DNA from: Nitrosopumilus sp.
GTDB lineage: Archaea; Thermoproteota; Nitrososphaeria; Nitrososphaerales; Nitrosopumilaceae
Direction of reading: 5' to 3'
DNA length: 64,000 nucleotides
NCBI GenBank assembly: GCA_965204345.1
Contig: OZ241981.1
Coordinates: 1,376,001-1,440,000 of the forward strand
The position numbers were made by a program, and so were the translations under genes. A model generated the notes under the pieces. That model was given only the letters and a program-made list of their open reading frames with translations. It was not told the origin of the DNA and did not search any database. Shown here in pieces: positions 1 through 10,398 of the stretch. Within the stretch, counting starts at the first letter, position 1; each line of letters starts with the position of its first letter.

Positions 1-29
1 AAGAGTTTGATGAGGTATGGTGTTTTGAT

Positions 30-1475
30 TTGAGAGGCGATGCATATACACAAGGAGAATTGCGTAGAAAAGAAGGTGGTAATGTATTTGGTTCTGGTTC
101 CAGAACTCCGGTTGCAATCACTATACTGATCAAAAATCCTACAAAGAAAAAATGTGTCATACATTACAAGGACATCGGTGATTATCTCACAAGAGAGCAA
201 AAACTAGGAAAAATATCTGAACTAAAGTCCATAAACGGAATAAAGGACTGGGAGAAAATTTCTCCAGACAAACATCATGACTGGATTGACCAACGCCCTA
301 AAGGATTTTCAAAATACACTCCAATTGGAAGCAAAGAAACAAAGTCAGGCGCATATGTAAATGCTATTTTCAGAATATATTCCAGTGGAATTAAAACTCA
401 TCGTGATGTATGGGCATATAATTCATCTAAAGATGAGCTTGGCAAAAATATGAAAGTACACATTAATTATTGTAATTCGCAAGATCTGAATAAACCAAAA
501 ATCGATCCAACGCAAGGCAAATGGACAGCAAGCTTAAGTGACAAATTAAAACAAAATAAGACAAAACCCAAATTCGATGACAATAAAATTAGAACTGCAT
601 CCTATAGACCGTTCTTCAAACAGAATCTATATTTTGATAATGTTTTTGTCGAGATGACCTACCAAATACCAAAATTCTTTCCAGAAAATTCCTCAAAAAA
701 CTTGGTAATCTGCATACCCGATAAAGGCAAACTTGGAATGTTTTCTGTTATTGTAACAGATGTGACTCCTGATCTTCACATAATCGAACAATCTCAATGT
801 TTCCCACTATACGTATACGAAAACAACAAGGACAAAAAACTCAACATTACAGACTTTGCGTTAAAAGAATACCAGCAACACTATAACGACTCAAAAATCA
901 CAAAAAAATCAATCTTTTATTACGTCTATGGCATATTGCACCATACACAGTACAAGAAAAAATTTGCAAACAACCTTACACGGGAACTGCCACACATTCC
1001 AATGGCTCCAGACTTTTGGAAGTTTAGCAAGGCAGGAGAAAGACTGGCAGACCTGCATCTAAACTATGAGACCTGCAAGAGATATTCCCTGGGCAAGCCC
1101 AAATCCAAATTTGGCAACCTGGAAAAGATGGCGTATCCAAAGATGAAAAAAGATGATAAACAGATAGCAGACAAGACAAAACTTAGGATAAATGGAGTTA
1201 TAACATATGAGAACATTCCATCTGTCAAATATCAGATTAATGGCAGAACACCACTAGAGTGGCTAATAGACAGATACCGTTTTACAACAGACAAGGATTC
1301 TGGAATTACAAACAATCCAACAAAAGATATGACCGAACAAAAGACCATAGAGATGATTGAGAGAATTCTATACATCAGCACAGAATCAGATAAGATAATT
1401 GCAGAGTTCTCAAGACTGCCATTTGAGCCAAAAGACTGGGAGCCCAAAAAGACTGGCCTTGATGCGTATGGATAG
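30..1475 (+). CDS. Type ISP restriction-modification enzyme (LlaBIII/LlaGI-like), C-terminal part with end of MTase and target-recognition domain; 5' end lies outside window
   Basis: Motifs LRG..RKEGGNVFGSGSRTPVAI, IHYKDIGDYLTREQKL, SSGIKTHRDVWAYN, YRPF, FYYVYGILH, ELPHIP, YQINGRTPLEWLIDRY are typical of type ISP C-termini. Confidence 0.9.
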   Translation: MRGDAYTQGELRRKEGGNVFGSGSRTPVAITILIKNPTKKKCVIHYKDIGDYLTREQKLGKISELKSINGIKDWEKISPDKHHDWIDQRPKGFSKYTPIGSKETKSGAYVNAIFRIYSSGIKTHRDVWAYNSSKDELGKNMKVHINYCNSQDLNKPKIDPTQGKWTASLSDKLKQNKTKPKFDDNKIRTASYRPFFKQNLYFDNVFVEMTYQIPKFFPENSSKNLVICIPDKGKLGMFSVIVTDVTPDLHIIEQSQCFPLYVYENNKDKKLNITDFALKEYQQHYNDSKITKKSIFYYVYGILHHTQYKKKFANNLTRELPHIPMAPDFWKFSKAGERLADLHLNYETCKRYSLGKPKSKFGNLEKMAYPKMKKDDKQIADKTKLRINGVITYENIPSVKYQINGRTPLEWLIDRYRFTTDKDSGITNNPTKDMTEQKTIEMIERILYISTESDKIIAEFSRLPFEPKDWEPKKTGLDAYG

Positions 1476-1781
1476 TGTATATGCTAAAAAAGGCTGTAAA
1501 ATACGTACATGCAAATATAATATTCAAAATATTTAATCTGTTTTTACTAATGTATAACATGGGCAAAGAAGAAAACAAGAAAAAAGATGCCAAGGAGCCT
1601 TTCTACGGCAGTAGAGCAGCTCCGGAAAAACCGGGTTTCACAAAAGGCAAGCTGAGACCTACTGACGAATAATTTTTAATCAAAATTATCTCTTAATTTC
1701 TTTATCATGATTGGGATGTAACTATAATTTTTTTTGATTATATCCTTTATGATATAAACCCGTCAATGTATAAAGTAACAC

Positions 1782-2084
1782 ATGCTTACTAATCTCTCTT
1801 CTTTTTTAAGAAAAATCAACTCTATCATAATCTTGTCAGTCACCTCTTATCAAGGGCTTTTTTTATTGATAAGCAACGAGTATTTTCTATTTAGTTATCG
1901 TATCAGGGGTGAGGGAGTTGTTGTAATTCTATGTGTCATGGTATGTGTTGCTACCATATTGTCTATACTGCAATTAAAAAACATGAAGCAAAGTGATAAA
2001 TTCACATTCATTTGGCACGGCGTAACATGGTTTTTGTTTTTTGGCACCCTAATATCATTAAGACTTCAACCATTCACGCCTTGA
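1782..2084 (+). CDS. Small hydrophobic membrane protein, hypothetical
   Basis: 100-aa ORF with about three hydrophobic segments; no recognised family. Confidence 0.4.
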   Translation: MLTNLSSFLRKINSIIILSVTSYQGLFLLISNEYFLFSYRIRGEGVVVILCVMVCVATILSILQLKNMKQSDKFTFIWHGVTWFLFFGTLISLRLQPFTP

Positions 2085-2467
2085 AGAGGGAGAGGCATAA
2101 TTACATTTTTATTTATTTCTCCAAAATCCGCACTTTTATCAGCAGGTAAAAATATTTGACTATCTGCAATTGACTGTCTTTTTTTTCATTTTTGATACCT
2201 TGCAATATTGGAAGTTTTTGCAGCTATCATAATTACCATCAGCAAAAATCTTTCGTGCTTGGCTAAGATGAGAACAAACAAACCAGTTGAACAACGAGAT
2301 AATCCTGAAAATCTTACAGAAGAAAAAAAAACACATGAAATTTTAAAATCTGAACGCTTGTATGCCATTGGGAAATTCTCAAGGAGAAGTTACTGTAACA
2401 GACAAAATCCTGCAGCTTTTAAAACAACTTTACCCCAAGTCAATTCCATGTGACTATCTGAACAAAA

Positions 2468-3022
2468 TTATAGTTTTTTTAATAGCGTAAATCGCGATTT
2501 AGCCGGTTCTATGTCTTCGTGCATGTCCACATTGCTTATGACCTTTACGTGATAGTCTAACCATCTTTTTTGCATGTTGCGAAATTTATGATATTTATCA
2601 ATCCGTCTCTCTGTTTCCTCAAATTTCTCACAATTCATAATGTATTTTTTTGATACTCTATACATCTCTGCAATTCCTTGGCCTACAATCTCATCATCCA
2701 AGTAATTCAGAAGGTGATGTGTAAAGATAAAGTCTATTGAGGAATCATCAAACGGCAGTTTTGCAATTGTTCCTTTTTCAAATTTTGCAATTGGCAGTTT
2801 TTCCCTTGCTACCTGCAATGCCTGCCCATTAAGATCTACACCATGTATTTCAAATGTATCTGAAAACAGTCTCAAATCTATTCCTGTTCCACAGCCAATC
2901 TCCAAGATGCTTGTACAATGCAACGATGCAGCCAAATCCCTTGTAAATTTTGCAAATTCCTCATTGTATCTTGATTCGTTATCATCACAATACCTGTTCC
3001 AAAATTCCTCATCGTAACCCAT
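2468..3022 (-). CDS. Class I SAM-dependent methyltransferase
   Basis: ILEIGCGTG motif I, GVDLN, LPFDDSSIDFIF. Confidence 0.9.
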   Translation of the reverse strand: MGYDEEFWNRYCDDNESRYNEEFAKFTRDLAASLHCTSILEIGCGTGIDLRLFSDTFEIHGVDLNGQALQVAREKLPIAKFEKGTIAKLPFDDSSIDFIFTHHLLNYLDDEIVGQGIAEMYRVSKKYIMNCEKFEETERRIDKYHKFRNMQKRWLDYHVKVISNVDMHEDIEPAKSRFTLLKKL

Positions 3023-3060
3023 GACCTTTCTCGCATAAAGCTGTATTTGATACTAGTCAT

Positions 3061-3231
3061 CTAATGCTGACATTTGCATGATACAAGCTTTGTATCAAAC
3101 GTGCAATCATGCGGACCGTCTGATTTTCCTTGTGTGGGTATCTCCTTGATGCAGTCATCATGACGACCCTTTCTGCAAAACCAACAGATTTCCGGCGTGT
3201 CGCCTGCAGCACAAGAGTCCATGCTTTTCAT
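3061..3231 (-). CDS. Small Cys/His-rich putative metal-binding protein, below the ORF-track cutoff (alternative start 3222)
   Basis: Manual translation: MKSMDSCAAGDTPEICWFCRKGRHDDCIKEIPTQGKSDGPHDCTFDTKLVSCKCQH*; fills the gap between co-oriented ilvE and the methyltransferase. Confidence 0.7.
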   Translation of the reverse strand: MKSMDSCAAGDTPEICWFCRKGRHDDCIKEIPTQGKSDGPHDCTFDTKLVSCKCQH

Positions 3232-3261
3232 CCTAATTGCTGGTAAAAAACCCCATCTGGT

Positions 3262-4176
3262 TCAGATAAATGTCAGCCATGGCAAAAATCTTTCATCTTT
3301 GCCCATAACCACATCTGTAAATGATCTTTGTAACGCTTTTGTAATGCTGCCCATTTTGCCTGTTCCAACTTTTACTTTGTCTATCTGGGTAACTGACTTT
3401 ACCTCAGCTGCTGTACCTGTCATAAAAATCTCATCGGCATTATAGAGATCACCCCTTTCTAGATCACGTTCAATCACAAACCCGCCATTTTCTTCAATAA
3501 TCTGAATAATGCTGTCCCTGGTAATTCCCTCCAACCCGCCTGCAGAAAGCGGAGGAGTCTGAATAATGTCATCCTTAATGACAAATATGTTCTCAGTACT
3601 GCCCTCTGCAACTTTTCCGTGATAGTTTAGCATAATTGCCTCGTCATACCCATTTTCCAATGCTTCCATTCTTGCAAGAGCTGCGTTTGCATAGTTTGAT
3701 GCCGCCTTTGCCTGCATTGGCTGAGAGCGCGAATCCGTCTTTGCCCAACTGGATACTTTGCACTTTGCACCTGAGAACTTTCCAGCTTTTGATTCGCCCA
3801 TCTTCCATTCCCAGCATGCAATAGAGACATCAACTTTGTTACTAGTAGGGGTTAGTCCCATTGTTCCATAACCATAGTATGCCAGTGGCCTAATGTATGA
3901 TTCCTTGAGTCCCCCAGCTTTTACCGTATTGATAATTGCGTCTGAAATTATTTTTTTTGAGAACTGCATCTTCATTGAATACAACTTTGCAGACTTGAAG
4001 AATCTGTCTACGTGTTCTGGAAGCCTAAAGATTGCAGAGCCGTTTGGGGTATTATAGCATCTAATGCCCTCAAAAATTGATGTTGAATAGTGCAATGCGT
4101 GGGTTAGTACGTGAACCTTGGCATCTTTGAATGGAACCAGCTTGCCATTCATCCATATCTTGCCAACTTCCTTCAT
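3262..4176 (-). CDS. ilvE: Branched-chain amino acid aminotransferase (class IV PLP)
   Basis: IWMNGKLV, LHYSTSIFEGIRCY, AKAASNY, EGSTENIF, LEGITR, GTAAEV; likely start ATG at 4176. Confidence 0.95.
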   Translation of the reverse strand: MKEVGKIWMNGKLVPFKDAKVHVLTHALHYSTSIFEGIRCYNTPNGSAIFRLPEHVDRFFKSAKLYSMKMQFSKKIISDAIINTVKAGGLKESYIRPLAYYGYGTMGLTPTSNKVDVSIACWEWKMGESKAGKFSGAKCKVSSWAKTDSRSQPMQAKAASNYANAALARMEALENGYDEAIMLNYHGKVAEGSTENIFVIKDDIIQTPPLSAGGLEGITRDSIIQIIEENGGFVIERDLERGDLYNADEIFMTGTAAEVKSVTQIDKVKVGTGKMGSITKALQRSFTDVVMGKDERFLPWLTFI

Positions 4177-4274
4177 GGAGAGCAGAAAAAACACTACCAA
4201 TTTAAAGAATTATCTTTTTGATGAAATTGGCTTTCTTTCTTAAACTACATATCTGATTAAGTGATGCTTTTTGT

Positions 4275-4481
4275 ATGGAATGGACTTTGGGTTTTGCAGG
4301 AATTATCTGCCTGACTGTGGGCTTGGCTGGTCAGGCATTTGAGATGAGAAAGATCCGCCTATCTGCCTACAAAGACGAAGATTCAGGCTCTGTCAATATA
4401 TTTACGAACAAGAGAAATCTAAAGTGGTACATACTGCTGGGAATTGGAGTTGTTTTATGGTACGCAGCTGAGCGTATGTGA
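4275..4481 (+). CDS. Small two-TM membrane protein
   Basis: 68 aa with two hydrophobic helices; divergent from ilvE. Confidence 0.65.
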   Translation: MEWTLGFAGIICLTVGLAGQAFEMRKIRLSAYKDEDSGSVNIFTNKRNLKWYILLGIGVVLWYAAERM

Positions 4482-4542
4482 ACAGATCTATATAGATCAT
4501 CCCTAAATACTAGGAATTCCATAGTATAGTATCGCGTGTTTT

Positions 4543-4630
4543 GGGTAACGCCGGACTAACTCTAGATAATGGTCCAAGAATAAACCCATGATGGTGTTTA
4601 CAGGTGAAAGCCCGTAACATCATCCTTTTA
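4543..4630 (+). ncRNA. Candidate structured small RNA
   Basis: Two potential hairpins: GGGT..GGAC..GTCC..ACCC and ATGGTGTT-T-AC-AGGT-GAAA-GCCC-GT-AACATCAT with a GAAA tetraloop, followed by a T-run; relatively GC-rich intergenic DNA. Confidence 0.35.
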
Positions 4631-6046
4631 CTAAATAAAATCAATCTTTGCAATTTCTTGGTGTATTGCCCTAATGGCCTTTGTAATGTTATCCTGTGTG
4701 TCTTCTACGACAATAATTATCCTTGATGTCTCCTCCTGTGCATCCATGTTCAAAATATTCAATCCTGATTCACCAATCTTTGCACTGGTCCTAGAGGCCA
4801 CCTGTTGAACCTTCCACATCTCGTCTCCAATTAACGTAATTACGCCCCGGTTAAACGCTATTGTTGCAAGCGAATCAAATGCCAAGAGATATTTTTCATT
4901 TCTTTTTACATAGTCTCCATCCAAAAATAATATTCTAGAAAACTCTATTCCGTCTTTTGCAAATGGTGATAAAATTATGAATTCGCTATAACGCTTGTCT
5001 CTTTCTAGGGATGTCAATAACTTCTGAACTGCACTTGTCTCAATCCTAAAAATGGCACAGTTCTCCTTGCCCGTCACTATCTTTATTGGATGCCCCTTTT
5101 GCTCGTCCAGATTTCGTTTAATTACGGTAATTTCTTCTGGGTTTTTCATATTGGTTATGGTGATTGGTATGTCGACGCCGTTTTCTACAATCTCTTTTAT
5201 CGCAATTGGGTCTAGGATCTTCATGCCGAACATACCTGCCAATCTGGCCTCATTGTATGACAGCTGGATAATCTCCCTTAATTCCGAATCTACAATTTTT
5301 GGATCAGCAGAGACGACAGCGCTATCCTTTTCAAAATCTATGCTTGTCTCATACTTTTTGTGAAACAGTATTCCCAGATCTGCCGCTGTTCTGTCTGAGC
5401 CTCCTCGTTCGTATGTTGTAGTTATGCCATCTACTGTTTTTCCAATAAATCCGCCAATGGTTACCACCTGATTTTTTTCAACCAGTTCTGCCGTTTTTTC
5501 TATCTTTTCCCTGGATTCTGATGTAAGAAAATTTGTAAACTCGATATTGTTGTCTGTAATGATTGGCCAGTTATCATATTTTACTGCCTCAGCACTGATG
5601 CCGCTGCTTCTCAGAATATGGGTCATGACATGTGACATTAGAATCTCTCCTGAAAATGCCAGAGCTTTTGATCGTACTTCGTTGGCAAATTCCCTGCTCT
5701 CAAAGGCCTCATCTAATGCCTGCTGCGCCTTTTCTAGATGAAAATCAACTGTCCTAATACAACTCTCCTTGTTTTTTTCATCAACCATATCTGTAATCTT
5801 CTGATAAGTTGATTTTACAGTATCCAAAGACGGTTTTATGCCATTTTCTGCATTTCTTCCCTGTTCTAGTATGACATCAGTCAGTGAACGTCTCTTTTGC
5901 TCGTAAATTGTTAATGGTGCCGAAAAAACTGCAATAACCTTTGATTTTTTCTCCAAATTTGCGATTCTTTGGATAATTTTTGGAATTGTTTGGCCATTTG
6001 GACCTATTGCACTTCCCCCAAATTTGGCAATTACCAGGCTAGTCAC
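4631..6046 (-). CDS. lysC: Aspartate kinase with C-terminal ACT domain
   Basis: VIAKFGGS, GGFIG, TYERGGSDRTAA, SADPKIV, LSYNEA, KILDP. Confidence 0.85.
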   Translation of the reverse strand: MTSLVIAKFGGSAIGPNGQTIPKIIQRIANLEKKSKVIAVFSAPLTIYEQKRRSLTDVILEQGRNAENGIKPSLDTVKSTYQKITDMVDEKNKESCIRTVDFHLEKAQQALDEAFESREFANEVRSKALAFSGEILMSHVMTHILRSSGISAEAVKYDNWPIITDNNIEFTNFLTSESREKIEKTAELVEKNQVVTIGGFIGKTVDGITTTYERGGSDRTAADLGILFHKKYETSIDFEKDSAVVSADPKIVDSELREIIQLSYNEARLAGMFGMKILDPIAIKEIVENGVDIPITITNMKNPEEITVIKRNLDEQKGHPIKIVTGKENCAIFRIETSAVQKLLTSLERDKRYSEFIILSPFAKDGIEFSRILFLDGDYVKRNEKYLLAFDSLATIAFNRGVITLIGDEMWKVQQVASRTSAKIGESGLNILNMDAQEETSRIIIVVEDTQDNITKAIRAIHQEIAKIDFI

Positions 6047-6091
6047 AGCACTTTATCAAAATCAACTGACCATCTATTAAGCATTTGATTT

Positions 6092-7108
6092 TTAATCTAC
6101 CAAGTTTTGAATAATTTTTGCCGCAGCATTTCCACCTGTCGCATTGATCGGATTTCTTTTTTCCTCAAGCTTTCTCAAAATCAGGCTCTCTAATCTGTTA
6201 ATATCATCAAATTCAAATCCTTGTCTTCTGGCATTGTCTTCTTGCTCAAAATGTCCTTTGATTGGTATGAATATTGCAGGGGTACCATACGCGTTAGCCT
6301 CATCCATGGTTGATTTTCCTGCCAATGATACTAACACATCTGCTGCAAATATCAACTCATGCAAGTTATCAACAAATCCCAAATTCTGTACGTCATCGAA
6401 TTTCTTGGTTATTGCAGGACCTGAAACCAAAACTGCCTTTACATCCTGATTTATCCTTGATATGACTTTCAATGCCTCCTCAATTAAGAATAACCCTGCA
6501 CTGGTACCTCCCACCGAAATAAGAATCGTTTTCTCATGAAAGCCAAACCTTTCTCTTAATTCTTCCCTTGTTGAATCTATATGCCTCACAATTGGCCCTG
6601 TTCTCTTGATGTTGCCCTCATCATTTCCGCCTTCAGGAAAAATTACCGTGTCACATTTTCTAATTATCTGATGCATTGATTTGTTCATCCTCTTTTCAAC
6701 CAGTGATGCCACACCTTTGGTAAAGCGGGTTTCAAGCACATCTGTGATTAATACTGTTGGAATTTTCATTTCCTGTGCAACAGTAAGTGATGCAAAATCC
6801 TCATCACTGATCACTAGATCTGGATTATTTTTCTCCAATATGGTCTTTGCAATTTTTTTACAGTCTTTGTAGTACCTGTAATAATTCCATAACCATTTTG
6901 CAGAATTTTTCAAAGCCCCGTTTTCAATAATAAATGATGGCGGATTGTATGCATCTTGTACATTGTAATTTAATTTTTTTAGAATTTTTGCAGCTCCACT
7001 GCCTGTAACGAAGCTTGTTGAAATGTTCTGAAAATTATTAACTATCGCAATGTCTCGAGTTATATGGCCTAGCCCGATTGGACTGGAAAAAAAATTACAA
7101 TTACTCAT
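6092..7108 (-). CDS. GT28/MurG-like glycosyltransferase
   Basis: GLGHITR, ISVGGT, AGKSTMDEA..GTPAIFIP..HFEQEDNA. Confidence 0.85.
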   Translation of the reverse strand: MSNCNFFSSPIGLGHITRDIAIVNNFQNISTSFVTGSGAAKILKKLNYNVQDAYNPPSFIIENGALKNSAKWLWNYYRYYKDCKKIAKTILEKNNPDLVISDEDFASLTVAQEMKIPTVLITDVLETRFTKGVASLVEKRMNKSMHQIIRKCDTVIFPEGGNDEGNIKRTGPIVRHIDSTREELRERFGFHEKTILISVGGTSAGLFLIEEALKVISRINQDVKAVLVSGPAITKKFDDVQNLGFVDNLHELIFAADVLVSLAGKSTMDEANAYGTPAIFIPIKGHFEQEDNARRQGFEFDDINRLESLILRKLEEKRNPINATGGNAAAKIIQNLVD

Positions 7109-7151
7109 ATTTTACCACAATCTTTGTCAAATTTCTAGATTCTCTCTTGTC

Positions 7152-7165
7152 TCAAAGTTTAAATG
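7152..7165 (+). promoter_or_regulatory. Putative archaeal BRE/TATA box of tRNA-Val
   Basis: caaagTTTAAAT about 25-30 nt upstream of the tRNA 5' end. Confidence 0.55.
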
Positions 7166-7187
7166 GATTTTAACAAGGTAGATTTCT

Positions 7188-7262
7188 GGGCTCATAGTCC
7201 AGATCGGTTATGACGTCGCCCTTACACGGCGAAGATCCGGGGTTCAAATCCCCGTGGGCCCA
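7188..7262 (+). tRNA. tRNA-Val, anticodon TAC, no intron, CCA not encoded
   Basis: Acceptor GGGCTCA/TGGGCCC; anticodon arm TCGCC-CTTACAC-GGCGA; T arm CGGGG-TTCAAAT-CCCCG. Confidence 0.97.
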
Positions 7263-7802
7263 TACCTATCTTTTCTGGGACAAATAGAATCACCTAAAAC
7301 ACAAAATTCTCTCTGAAGTTAATGATGTAGTTTAGAACACTAATTTCTTTTTTTCTTTAAAATTATCTCAAAATATTTGTAAAAAATATAACATAATTGA
7401 TGAAGGAGAAACTAATAATGTCTGAAAGTTTTACGGATTTTGAAATAATTACTGATGAGTTGTGTGATGCTATACAAAACAAGGATATCCGCCGTTGATT
7501 CTACAAATGATGTCTTCTCTCCATACCATGAAAAGACAAAATAACATGACGTTCTAAATTTGTCCAAAGAAGATTTTGTAAAACAAGTAGTCAGTATTAC
7601 AGTTTCCCGCCCAATAAACTATCAGAGAATTATTCAGATTAACAAAGGAAGCACTCCATTAATTCTCAGAAATACCTGATTTGGAATTAGGACCTAATAG
7701 ATGTAGTATTTGTAGAGGATAGTTTCATTGGATTTTATTAATGATTTTCATATATGATAATTGGCTGTTGTGTTTATTATTCTAATGAGAACATAGTGTC
7801 TG

Positions 7803-8351
7803 ATGAACAAAATTCTTTTACCCATTATTTTCTTAACATTCATTTTAGCATTTTCACTTGGTGCCATACCATCTTTTGCAAGCGACAATAATGATGATTC
7901 TTCTCATGATGACAGGTATGACGACGACAACGACAGAGATGATGACAAATACAAATCTAGTTCAGATTACAGAGAGGAAAGAAAAGAATATCGAGAATCA
8001 AAAGTATGTGTAAATAAAGATGAGTGTGTACATGATGAAGAGTTTAAGGAAGCTCGAGAAAAATATAGGGAAGAACGACAAAAATTACGAGATGGGTTTC
8101 ATAGTGAAAGACAGTTTTTTGATTCAAACAAACGATATTTTAAGATGTTAGAAATTATGAGAAAATCTTCCATGGGTGATGACTATCTACTTCCTCCCCT
8201 ACTCCAGATGAGTATTGTTGATAATGCACAAGAAATTCAATGCAGAGAAGGACTGGATTTGATTTTCAAAGAAAACAATGATCATCCAATGTGTGTAAAA
8301 CCCAGCACAGCAGAAAGGATGATTGAACGTGGAATTGCTTATACCTCTTAA
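7803..8351 (+). CDS. Secreted acidic protein with a C-terminal C-x-C (CREG...CVKP) motif seen in thaumarchaeal exported proteins
   Basis: Signal peptide, Asp-rich tract, IQCREGLDLIFK..MCVKPSTAERMIERG. Confidence 0.75.
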   Translation: MNKILLPIIFLTFILAFSLGAIPSFASDNNDDSSHDDRYDDDNDRDDDKYKSSSDYREERKEYRESKVCVNKDECVHDEEFKEAREKYREERQKLRDGFHSERQFFDSNKRYFKMLEIMRKSSMGDDYLLPPLLQMSIVDNAQEIQCREGLDLIFKENNDHPMCVKPSTAERMIERGIAYTS

Positions 8352-8495
8352 GTAAAGATCATTTTTAGTTCATTTTCTAATTTTGCATATGATATATACT
8401 CTGGAATATCTTATCAATAACAGAATCATCTTCACTGAAAGTCAGATGTGAAAATTGTCTTTGGGTATATATGCTAAATTCATGTTAATCGCTTA

Positions 8496-9218
8496 ATGAG
8501 TAAGCAACTTACAGTAGCATTCAGTATAGCAATACTGCTAACAGTTACTGTTGTATATTCAGCTGATCTTTCACAGACAGCTGATGGTGCAAAAGCACAA
8601 GGAAATTTTTTACCTGAAACAGGTTCCAAAAAAGTTTGTGGAGATAAACTATGCTCTGAAGTAAATCAACCAGAAACTACTAAAGCCAAACATAGTAAAT
8701 CTGAAGACAAAACAAAACATGGTTCAAAGAAGTCTATTTCTATTTTACCAAATCAAATAATGTCAGGCAAATACAAGATCACTGTTGATTGGATACATGA
8801 GTTCCCCGTTACTGGTGAAAGTAATGGGTTTGCAATTCTAGTAAGTGATACCAGCATCAAAGCCGCCCATGGAAAAGACAAAGCAAAACACGGTGAATCA
8901 TCACATGAAGAAAAGGAAATGGGTGATTGTAGATGTATCACACTGCTAAAATCATCAGTTCCAAAAGCTGAACTATTTGAAAACGGTGTAAGTGGATTGG
9001 AGAATCACCTGACGATTACTGTTTCTGCTTCAAACCAAGAAATGATAATGCCTCTTTCTGCTGATGAATTGAGTGGAAGATACTATGCATTGTTTATACC
9101 TGCTATGTCAGGACAATACGATGTCAAACTGAGTGGCATGATCAGTGGTACAAGCGTAAATCATACATTTCAACCAGATCATGTTTTAGAAAAATCAGAA
9201 TTATTGCAATTCCCATAA
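8496..9218 (+). CDS. Secreted His/Lys-rich protein, possibly metal-binding
   Basis: Signal peptide, KVCGDKLC motif, beta-rich C-terminal domain ending LQFP. Confidence 0.75.
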   Translation: MSKQLTVAFSIAILLTVTVVYSADLSQTADGAKAQGNFLPETGSKKVCGDKLCSEVNQPETTKAKHSKSEDKTKHGSKKSISILPNQIMSGKYKITVDWIHEFPVTGESNGFAILVSDTSIKAAHGKDKAKHGESSHEEKEMGDCRCITLLKSSVPKAELFENGVSGLENHLTITVSASNQEMIMPLSADELSGRYYALFIPAMSGQYDVKLSGMISGTSVNHTFQPDHVLEKSELLQFP

Positions 9219-9279
9219 TTTTTTTATTTTTATGCTGTCTCTAAATGAGTGATCTAGATATGGTCTAAATCATAATGCA

Positions 9280-9385
9280 GTTGCAATGGCTTATGATCTA
9301 CCTACAAAGGATGAGCTAGAGGATCTGAAAACGGAAAATCCAATTCAATGTTGCAATGGCTTATGATCTACCTACAAAGGATGAG
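9280..9385 (-). CRISPR. CRISPR-like repeat-spacer-repeat unit: either an orphan mini-array or a duplication-flanked insertion
   Basis: Two identical 36-bp repeats (9280-9315, 9350-9385) around a 34-bp unique spacer; minus-strand repeat CTCATCCTTTGTAGGTAGATCATAAGCCATTGCAAC ends in ATTGCAAC; no cas genes in window. Confidence 0.45.
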
Positions 9386-9619
9386 AGTGGAGATGTTAAT
9401 GCCGGATATTACTATAACCAAGAATTTGATAAAATTCTAAAATATACTGAAGATAAGAGGATTTGTTATTCCATCAAAATATTCTACTGTAAGGTATTTC
9501 TTGAAAACTATTGGTTTTCATATAACCTGATCGTGAAAATTAATTATGAATAATATTATACCCAAGTCGTTATTATTAACAAATACTTGATCATAAGAGC
9601 TTTCAGGGAATGATGATAA

Positions 9620-10198
9620 ATGAATATTGAAAATATTACAAAGGAAGACATGGTATTGGCCTTAATCAAAAGGGCAACAGAGTATACTGGAACTAAAAAC
9701 AACAAAGGCGTACATGGAAAGAAAGCTCTTCAGAAAAGCCTCTATTTCCTAAATGATAAATTTCATCTATTTGGATTTAGATGGGGTGATTATGGCCCAT
9801 TAAGCGGTGAAATTCAGCAAATTGCTGAAGATCTTATTACTAGAGGTGATATTACAGTCACAAAAATCCCTACCAAAAAAGATGGTATCTTTACTCAACA
9901 CATGAAATATTCTATGAAAGATGATTCTTACTTTGAAGAGTTGGATATGCCAAAAGATTTGGATTCTGAATTAGATGAAATTGTCAAATTTACTGCGGGT
10001 AAAAGTCCTAGAGATTTAGAACTCCTTGCATCTGTTCATTTTTGGGCTATGCGACAACAAGATCTGTTAGATGAATATTCTATGAATTATGTTTTAGAAA
10101 AATTAACTGAGCTAAAACCTGATGCTGGCTTCAAACAGTCTGATGTTGAATATGCTATTGAAACTCTTGTAACCCATGAATATTTACCAAAAAACTAG
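9620..10198 (+). CDS. YwgA/Panacea (SocA, DUF4065)-like antitoxin-type protein
   Basis: KKALQKSLYFL...FRWGDYGPLSGEI and LELLASVHF motifs. Confidence 0.65.
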   Translation: MNIENITKEDMVLALIKRATEYTGTKNNKGVHGKKALQKSLYFLNDKFHLFGFRWGDYGPLSGEIQQIAEDLITRGDITVTKIPTKKDGIFTQHMKYSMKDDSYFEELDMPKDLDSELDEIVKFTAGKSPRDLELLASVHFWAMRQQDLLDEYSMNYVLEKLTELKPDAGFKQSDVEYAIETLVTHEYLPKN

Positions 10199-10398
10199 TT
10201 TTTATGATATTTTTCTAATTATGAATTGATCTCTGTTGGGTTTAATTTAATATCTGTTCATAATCAACAGATCTACAAATTTTTTTATTTTAACCAAAGG
10301 TCAGCCTGTGATTAATTAGGATCAATTGATCTCACTAAATTGTTAACAGAATTGATCGATACGATACTTGAGGATAGGGGAATAATAGTTACGTTACA

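Noticed and set aside
2186-2453. Short overlapping ORFs upstream of the methyltransferase stop
   Set aside because: No recognisable motifs and weak starts
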